Shown here: positions 54,719 through 61,900 of the stretch, in pieces
How the letters are laid out: every line of letters begins with the position of its first letter
Numbering within the stretch: the stretch's first letter is position 1
Source: a virus
Virus record (IMG/VR): IMGVR_UViG_3300038468_000190
Location: 32,001 to 96,000 of that record
Strand: one strand, 5' to 3'
DNA: 64,000 nucleotides
Program-made: the position numbers and the translations under genes
The notes under the pieces: generated by a model
The model's database searches: none
What the model saw: only the letters and a program-made list of their open reading frames with translations
What the model was told of the DNA's origin: nothing

Positions 54719-54738
54719 TAGCACTGATATCAGTGCTA
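54719..54738. promoter_or_regulatory. Perfect 20-bp palindrome, candidate operator
   Basis: TAGCACTGATATCAGTGCTA just upstream of the Arc-like start codon. Confidence 0.65.
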
Positions 54739-55123
54739 GCCAAGGGCCCTCTCTCAGCGCTTTTTCGCCGTCGGATCCTCGGGGCGAGGAAAGAGCGGAT
54801 CCGTCGCCGGAGCCCGCGGAAAGGTCGCGCTCGATTTGCGGCGCAGGATGGGCTCGACGGGCGTGTCCTCGGTCGTCGTGGCGAGGGGCGGCGTCTGCAC
54901 GCCCGTCAGGGCCTGGATGCGGATACGGGTCATCCGCATATCGAGCTCGATGTGCTGCAGGGCCTCGACGGCGTCCCGGAGCGCCTTCAAGTCGAGGCGC
55001 TCGAGGACCTCCAGGGCACGCAAGATGTTGTTGCGGTCGATCTTCTGAAAAGTCTTTTCCATGCGATGCAGGGCATCGAGCGCGTCCTCGATCGATTGGA
55101 CGAGGGCGGGATCCTTGTCCATC

Positions 55124-55498
55124 CTAGATTTCGGGGCCTGGCCTCGGCGCCCCGCCCGGACTTCTGAGAAGCGACCACATCCAGATGGCCGCGCCTAACC
55201 CCACGAACGCGCTCAGCATGAGCTCGTTACCGAGAGCGCCGCGAAGCGCCCGGGTCGCGTAGTATCCCCCCACGAACGCGACCACGTCGCCCGTGTGGTT
55301 CTCGAGCGACTCGGGGCGCGTGTCGGGAAAGAGCGGCCGGACGAGCTTTTTGACGTCGTCCTCGACGAGCTCGAAGAGAACGTGCGAGCCGACCGCGACG
55401 GCGGGCGGGATCCGGGACGCCTCGAAGACCATGCCGAGCGCGGCGTGGCCGACCGAGTAGCGATCGAAGAAGCCGGGCATCTCGCCGTCTTTTGCCAT
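55124..55498 (-). CDS. Small membrane protein
   Basis: DRYSVGH...FELVE...ESLENHTGD plus hydrophobic helices. Confidence 0.55.
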   Translation of the reverse strand: MAKDGEMPGFFDRYSVGHAALGMVFEASRIPPAVAVGSHVLFELVEDDVKKLVRPLFPDTRPESLENHTGDVVAFVGGYYATRALRGALGNELMLSAFVGLGAAIWMWSLLRSPGGAPRPGPEI

Positions 55499-56076
55499 CA
55501 GCTGAGCCACCTCCAGACAGCGCCGCTCCAGCCCGCGTAGCCGGCGGCGTTCGGGTGAAGGCCGTCGGGACTTCTCGGGATGTCGAGCTCGGCCGATCTG
55601 AAATAGAACGGAACCCGGGACTCGATGAGCTCGGAGACGCCGTGCTCCTCGAAGGGAAGGGTCGGCGGCCCGATCCACACGACCTCGGCGCCGCTCGCCC
55701 GAAGCTTCTCGAGGAGTTCGTCGACGAAGGGCGCTTGTCTCTCGGCGGCGCCCCGGCCGAGCGCCTCGTCGTTCGTGCCGAGACTGACGAGGACGATGGT
55801 CGGGCGGAAGGATTCGAGCTCGCTCTCGAGCCAGTCGCTCCGAGCCCACTGGTCGATGCGGCTACCGGTGATGCCGCGGCCGGCATAGGCCTCGACGGCG
55901 CTCTCGCCGGCGAGCTCGCGCATGTGGGGGTCGAGCCCGACGGCCATGCTGTCGCCAACGAGCAAGACCCGGCTCTTTTCCGTGAGTTTGGGGCGACGCG
56001 TAGCGGCGGCGACGAGCCCCACCCCGAGCACGGTGAGGAGCCCGCCGAGGAGCCAACGTCTGTCCACGCTCGCCAT
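55498..56076 (-). CDS. SGNH/GDSL hydrolase with N-terminal TM helix
   Basis: LVGDSM, SLGTND, DGLHP. Confidence 0.88.
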   Translation of the reverse strand: MASVDRRWLLGGLLTVLGVGLVAAATRRPKLTEKSRVLLVGDSMAVGLDPHMRELAGESAVEAYAGRGITGSRIDQWARSDWLESELESFRPTIVLVSLGTNDEALGRGAAERQAPFVDELLEKLRASGAEVVWIGPPTLPFEEHGVSELIESRVPFYFRSAELDIPRSPDGLHPNAAGYAGWSGAVWRWLS

Positions 56077-56400
56077 GTTAGCATGGCCGCTCTCCGTGTA
56101 GAATCAGTGTAAAATGACGTGCTCTCGGCCCCCGGATGCTCGGGGCGCGAGGCGAGACCCGAGCGAAGAGACGGATCCCCCATGGAACTCTTAGACGACA
56201 TCCGCACACAGCTCAGCGAAACGATTCGAGAGCTCACCGAAGATCTCGAAGAGCTCCGTAACGCCGTCGACATGGAAGAGGCGGTGACCGAAGATCTGGA
56301 AGAGCGCGTGAAGACGCACGGCGCAAGCCTCCTCGCCGCCACCGGCGCCTACCGCGCGCTCGAAGAAGCTTCGTCGGAGCTCGACGACGACGAGGACTGA

Positions 56401-57045
56401 ATGCTGAATCCGTGCGGCGGCGCGCGCTGGGAGACCCTGCCGGGCGGTCTCATCGAGATCGAGGGACAAGGCACCCCGGCATTCGAGCCGGGGAGCGAGC
56501 GCTTCCGTCAGATGGAGCAATCGTGGCAGAACTGGCGCCCGCTCATCCTCTCGAACGCACGCGAGAACGGCATCCCCGCGCGCTGGATCCTCGCGACCAT
56601 CTGTCAGGAGACGGGGCCATGGTCCGATGACCCGGACAAGCAAGCGGGCATCGTGTCGTTCGACGGGGGCGTCGGCGTCATGCAGATCACCGACAAGAGC
56701 CTCGGTAACCCCGCCGACATGCTGGACCCCGCCGTGAACATCGCCGTGGGCTCGGCCCTCCTCGGTAGGCTCGCGCGCCAGTACGACGGAGAACTCCCGG
56801 AAATCGCCGCGAGCTACAACGCCGGCCGCGTGCGCTGCGGCGCCTCCGGCAATCCCTGGGGCATGGTGATGACGGGCGACTACGTCGGCGGCGTCATCCG
56901 CTGGAACAACGCCGCGGTCCTCTACATGAATCTCGAGCCGCCGCGCCTCATGCTCGGGCTCAGTCTCGGCGCCCTGGGGCTCGTTACGGCCGCCATGCTC
57001 GTCGGGCTCCTTCCGACCCCGAAGCCCCTCCGGAGGCTCCTTTGA
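56401..57045 (+). CDS. Lytic transglycosylase (SLT) with C-terminal TM helix
   Basis: ATICQET, GVGVMQI, DPAVNI, ASYNAG. Confidence 0.88.
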   Translation: MLNPCGGARWETLPGGLIEIEGQGTPAFEPGSERFRQMEQSWQNWRPLILSNARENGIPARWILATICQETGPWSDDPDKQAGIVSFDGGVGVMQITDKSLGNPADMLDPAVNIAVGSALLGRLARQYDGELPEIAASYNAGRVRCGASGNPWGMVMTGDYVGGVIRWNNAAVLYMNLEPPRLMLGLSLGALGLVTAAMLVGLLPTPKPLRRLL

Positions 57046-57917
57046 GAAAGAAGGAGTGGGTCGAGACGCTCCTCGGTAAGCGCGAGGCCATCGAGAAAGC
57101 GATCGGATTTCCGCTCGGCGACATGCTCGGCTGCGGCCACTGGGGCTGCGTCTTTCGGAGCACGGAGCCCTGGGTCGTGAAGCTCTCCATCGATCCGACG
57201 GAAGGGCCCATCTGGTCGAAGATCGTGGGCCTCGTGAGGGACGAAACGTGGGGCGACCGGGGCTTCGTAGAAGTCAAGAGCATCACGCGGCTCCTCCCCG
57301 ACTTGAAGGTCGGAGGCCGGACGCGCAAAGTCTGGGTGATCGTGCGCGAGGCTGTCGAGCCCGTCTTTCGCGAGTACTCGCTCCGGGAGCTCGGCGAGAA
57401 GGGCCGGGGCACGATCATGAGGACGAGCCGCTTCACAAGCGAGATCCTCGGGCTACCGGGCCCGATAGGCCAGTTCGATCGGTATGTCACCCAGGGGAGC
57501 CACGAGCAGAAGGACTTCGCGAGCGGACTCGTCGGGCTCTACAAGTACCGGGACCTCGCGACCATGTGGCACATGCTCGCCGAGCCCCGGCGGAGCCGCC
57601 TCTGGGGCGAGCGCATGGAGTTTCTGAAGCAGCGAACGCACAGGGAGGCGAAGCGTCCCGTCATCGCGGAGCGGATCGAGCAGGTCTTGAATTACTACTT
57701 TCACGGCCCCCACATGGCGCCGCTCGGCGAGTCGCTCTCGATGCTCGCCGTTCACGAGGTCTACCTCCGCGACGTCCACAACATGAACATCGGCTGGCAC
57801 GTCGGCCGGAGCGACGACGACTGGACGCGCGTCGTCGTCTTCGATCCGGGCCACACGCCGACCGGAGCCGAAGACATCGAAAGCGTCCTCCTCCAGAACC
57901 CAAGGGAGGCGCTCTAG
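57042..57917 (+). CDS. Protein-kinase-like protein, paralog 1
   Basis: LGCGHWGCVF, VVKL, RDVHNMN, VFDPG. Confidence 0.7.
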   Translation: MRKKEWVETLLGKREAIEKAIGFPLGDMLGCGHWGCVFRSTEPWVVKLSIDPTEGPIWSKIVGLVRDETWGDRGFVEVKSITRLLPDLKVGGRTRKVWVIVREAVEPVFREYSLRELGEKGRGTIMRTSRFTSEILGLPGPIGQFDRYVTQGSHEQKDFASGLVGLYKYRDLATMWHMLAEPRRSRLWGERMEFLKQRTHREAKRPVIAERIEQVLNYYFHGPHMAPLGESLSMLAVHEVYLRDVHNMNIGWHVGRSDDDWTRVVVFDPGHTPTGAEDIESVLLQNPREAL

Positions 57918-58876
57918 TGGGAAACTACGCGCTCGGCATCGTCGTCAATCCGAAACTCAAGGTACCCGTCCTGGTCCTCGCCGAGGGGGCCGACATCACG
58001 ATCACGGCGATGGACGCTGAGGGGTACGAAGATCTCGGCTCGGGCTACTACGGCATGAGCGACTCGATTGCCCAGATGCTGGGCCTGCCGCGCTCGCACA
58101 CGCCCCACGGCGTCACCGTCGAGGGTCAGGGCTACGGCACGTGCCTCTACACGGCGCTCTGCCTCGGCGCCCACCAGAACTTCGAGGCGCACGAGGGCCA
58201 TCCGAATCGCTACCGCATCCAGAGCTACGGGCCCGACGGCGACGGCATTTGCTCGACGACCGACGATCGATCGAGCGAGGCCGACGAGTGGTGGCGGCGC
58301 GCCCGGAGGCTCGGGCTCGCGCGAGAAGTCGAGGAAGAGCAAGAAGAGGAGGACGTCGACGTCACGAGTAACTTCGACAGTCTCATCGAAGGCGAGAGCG
58401 TCGACGACGGCGTCGTCTCCCGCGTGAACACCATCAGCGTCGACGTCTCGAAGTCGGTCTCGGGCGACGTCTACCTCTGGGACAGCGCCTCGGGGCACCA
58501 CCTCGTCGTCGCCGACTTCACGATCCCGATGGCGTCCGGCGCCGAGGCGAGCGCGCTCTGGCAGCGCATCGGCGAGCCGAAGCTCGTGACGGAGGTGTCG
58601 CTCGAGCTCATCCTCGCGCTCGATGTCCGGGGGCTCGACATCTCCGGAATAAACCTCCTCGGGCTTTTAGCGAGGGAGGCCGGGGCGAGCGACGAGGCCC
58701 TCCACGATTTCCGCTTCCGGTGGGAGGCGGGTCTCGATCCGTCGGCGCCCGTCACGCAGATGCAGCTCGCCTTCAAGAAGAACTCTTCGGAGGCGCGCCA
58801 CGCGGCGCGCGCCGTCCGAGAGGCGGCCGAGTACAGGAGAGACGCCGGCTGGGAAGCGCTCGAGAGCTTGCCCTAA
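57917..58876 (+). CDS. Hypothetical protein with GNAT-like acetyl-CoA motif
   Basis: EGQGYGTCLY...RSSEADEWW. Confidence 0.45.
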   Translation: MGNYALGIVVNPKLKVPVLVLAEGADITITAMDAEGYEDLGSGYYGMSDSIAQMLGLPRSHTPHGVTVEGQGYGTCLYTALCLGAHQNFEAHEGHPNRYRIQSYGPDGDGICSTTDDRSSEADEWWRRARRLGLAREVEEEQEEEDVDVTSNFDSLIEGESVDDGVVSRVNTISVDVSKSVSGDVYLWDSASGHHLVVADFTIPMASGAEASALWQRIGEPKLVTEVSLELILALDVRGLDISGINLLGLLAREAGASDEALHDFRFRWEAGLDPSAPVTQMQLAFKKNSSEARHAARAVREAAEYRRDAGWEALESLP

Positions 58877-59358
58877 CGCTTCATGACGAGCGCGCCGAGG
58901 AGCGCGCCGACCGCGAACGCCACCCCCACGAAGGGCACCATGGACGGGCCTTTGCAGACCGGTAGGGCGTTGATCGCGTGATCCATCGCGGTCTGCGTGG
59001 CGTCCGGGACGCCCGGCGCGTAGGCCGCGTTGATGGCGTCACACTGGGCTTTCGGCATCGCGGTGTGGTCGGTATTCAGGCAGTCCATGAGCTCCTGCGA
59101 GAGACAGTCCGGAAGGGCCGCGGTGGCCGGTCCGAGCACACTGGCAGCGCCGAGTCCGTAGAGCACGACAGACAGGTTATCGCTTTTTGCTTGGCCGGGA
59201 AAGCATGAGATCTTCGAAGAACTCGTAGTCGAGCCATTCGTAGTAAAGAGAGCCGCAGAAGGGGCAGTGGCTCTTGGCATGGGGCCCGGGCCGGAGCAGA
59301 AAGTGCCGGTCGCACTTTCCGCATCGAAACCGGCCGAGCTCCCGGGCCGCGCCTGTCC

Positions 59359-59712
59359 TCAAATCCGAAAGAGGGTCGCGCCCTTGTGCCATCCGACGGG
59401 CTTTACTCCCTCCGAGGGGTCGTGGCAGTGCCACATGACGACGAGCCCGAGCATGGCCCCGTCGTCGTCGACGAAGGTGTCCGTCGCGCCCATGGGGAGC
59501 GACAGGGCCGCCCTCGCGCGCGCGGACGCCGTCCCGCTCACCGGCCCCGAGTAGAGCGTCCAGCCGCCTGGGACAGCCGGCTGGGGGCTCGGGGGCGGCG
59601 TCTTACAGATGGGCATCTCGTCCTCGATCGGCGCTCGGAGGAGATACGCGAGCGCCGCCGCGCCCGCCGCCGCGATCCCTCCGCCGAAAAATAGGAGCGC
59701 TCGCCTCTGCAT
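59359..59712 (-). CDS. Membrane-anchored hypothetical protein
   Basis: ALLFFGGGIAAAGAAALAYLL N-terminus. Confidence 0.55.
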   Translation of the reverse strand: MQRRALLFFGGGIAAAGAAALAYLLRAPIEDEMPICKTPPPSPQPAVPGGWTLYSGPVSGTASARARAALSLPMGATDTFVDDDGAMLGLVVMWHCHDPSEGVKPVGWHKGATLFRI

Positions 59713-60686
59713 CAGCGGAAATGCCTCCCCAGGTTTTCGAGGAGCTCCGTTTCCCTGATGGGCGGCTCGTAGGGCGTCGCCATCGCACCCGGGTCGAGAA
59801 TGACCATGGAGAGCGGCCGCACGTCGCCCTCGATCTCCGCGTGGACGCGCCAGCCGACGTTCAAGAGGTGAAGGTCCTGAAAGACCAGGTCGCCGTACTG
59901 GACGGCGCTGAGCAAGGTCTGCCCAATGATGTCGCCGTAGCGGTTCACGTAGCCGTGGCCGCGCATCTTCTCGATGGCGGCGAGCATTTCCTGAAACGCC
60001 CTGTCGGCGATGTCCTCGACCTCTTCTTTCGAGAGGCCGTCGTACGCGCGGCGCATGAGCTTACCGCGCCAGGAATGGAAGATGAGCGCGTGCCGCCGGT
60101 AGTCCTGGAGCGACATCAGGACGATGAAGAGCTCGCGCATCCGGACCTTCAGGTCTTGAGGAAACGTCGAGAGCGCGTCGCTCATCGCCGAGAGCGACGG
60201 TTCTTTCGGGTCGATGCCGGCCCGCTCGAGAATGGCCGGCGTCATACCGAGCCTGCGGAGCGTTTCCTCGGTCGCGAAGTCCGGGCGCCGGAGCACGGGC
60301 TCCGCCGCCTCGCGCACGATGCCATAGACGGGCATCTCTTCGCTTCCGAAGATGACGTCCGGGTGGATCCGAACGACATCACGAACACGAAGGAACGCGT
60401 CGAGCTCTGCCGAGACCTCGGAATCGCCGAGGAGCTCGGCCATGTAGGCCCAGATGGGGCCCTCGGTCCGGTCGCGGGTGAGCTTGACGACCCAGGGCGG
60501 CTCGGAGTCGAAGACGCAGCCCCAGAGCCCGCAGCCGAGGAGTTCTCCCATCGGGACAGCCATCGTCCGCCGAAACCGGTCGAGGTTTGCCTCGAGAAAG
60601 GAGGACCAGGCGCGCTTGGCCGCAAGCTCCTCGGTGAGCCCCTTGTCGAGCTCGATGGAGGTCATGGGCGCGCGGTTACGACGCAC
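59712..60686 (-). CDS. Protein-kinase-like protein, paralog 2
   Basis: LGCGLWGCVF, VVKL, QDLHLLN, ILDPG. Confidence 0.7.
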   Translation of the reverse strand: MRRNRAPMTSIELDKGLTEELAAKRAWSSFLEANLDRFRRTMAVPMGELLGCGLWGCVFDSEPPWVVKLTRDRTEGPIWAYMAELLGDSEVSAELDAFLRVRDVVRIHPDVIFGSEEMPVYGIVREAAEPVLRRPDFATEETLRRLGMTPAILERAGIDPKEPSLSAMSDALSTFPQDLKVRMRELFIVLMSLQDYRRHALIFHSWRGKLMRRAYDGLSKEEVEDIADRAFQEMLAAIEKMRGHGYVNRYGDIIGQTLLSAVQYGDLVFQDLHLLNVGWRVHAEIEGDVRPLSMVILDPGAMATPYEPPIRETELLENLGRHFR

Positions 60687-60855
60687 CCGAAGGATTCTAA
60701 GTGAGGTCCCGGCCGGAATCGAGTGGGATCGGTTCGGGTCCCTGACGAGCTAGATCATCCATGGCGGTCGGCTGACGAAAACGCGCGAGCACCCGATTTC
60801 CTCTTCCTGACGAACGGCAATAATCACTGGAAGCACGCCTGCTGCTGGTTGCGGC

Positions 60856-61900
60856 CTGACGAACGCCATCGGTCACCGTAGGCCTTCCACGCGATGAATC
60901 AGATCCTTGCCGAGTGGTCGCACCCTCTGACGAACGCCATCGGTCACCATAGGCCTTCCGAGCGAGAGCGTTGTGCAGGCGGCCGCGGTGATGCGAGCTG
61001 ACGAACGCCATCCGTCACCCGGAGCCCTTGCGAGTAATATTGAGTGGCATGCCCGCGGGGACCTGAGTACTGACGAACGCCATCCGTCACCGTAGGCCTT
61101 CCGAGCTCGATGCGCCGGTTGCGCCTGTCGAGCCCGTGGGACTGACGAACGCCATCCGTCACCGTAGGCCTTATACGAGTCGCCCGAAAACATGGGCGCC
61201 GATGGGTGATCGAACTCTGACGAACGCCATCGGTCACCGTAGGCCTTCCGATGGCGAACGACAGGCGTCCGCACCCCGGACCGAACTGCTGACGAACGCC
61301 ATCGGTCACCGGAGCCCTTTGCGAGGTCGAGATCGAAATACGCTCGCCTCGTCCGAACTCTGACGAACGCCATCGGTCACCGGAGCCCTTGCGAGTCGCC
61401 ACCGCCGTCGAGAACGGCGAGCTCCGGAGCACCTGACGAACGCCATCCGTCACCGTAGGCCTTCCGAGAAGCAGTGCGGCGTCTGGTACAGCCAGCGCGC
61501 AACCCTGACGAACGCCATCCGTCACCGTAGGCCTTCCGAGCAGTAGCCGCGCCGGATGGATGGCGCTAACATTCGCACTGACGAACGCCATCCGTCACCG
61601 TAGGCCTTCCGAGTTTCCAACGGAGAGACTTGTACGGACAGAAAATGTCTGACGAACGCCATCCGTCACCGTAGGCCTTCCGAGTTCTCCGCCTGCGGGA
61701 CTTCCGGCACGCGATCCATCTGACGAACGCCATCCGTCACCGTAGGCCTTCCGAGCCGGAGGGCGGAGGGAATGATTCCGGAGAGACTCTCCTGACGAAC
61801 GCCATCCGTCACCGTAGGCCTTCCGAGCTTTCTTTTTCGCCTCTTTAGACCTCTGCGCGTCTTCCTGACGAACGCCATCCGTCACCGTAGGCCTTCCGAG
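60856..61900 (-). CRISPR. CRISPR array, 15 repeats and 14 spacers (34-37 nt)
   Basis: 36-nt repeat, minus-strand consensus CTCGGAAGGCCTACGGTGACGGATGGCGTTCGTCAG; plus-strand starts 60856, 60927, 60998, 61070, 61142, 61217, 61289, 61360, 61433, 61505, 61578, 61649, 61720, 61792, 61865; the seven right-most are identical and decay increases leftward, with remnants at 60742, 60772, 60807. Confidence 0.98.

Noticed and set aside
61180-61216. Spacer 10 resembling a tRNA 3' end (GTTCGA...CCA)
   Set aside because: Spacing is one base short and the conserved C61 is absent
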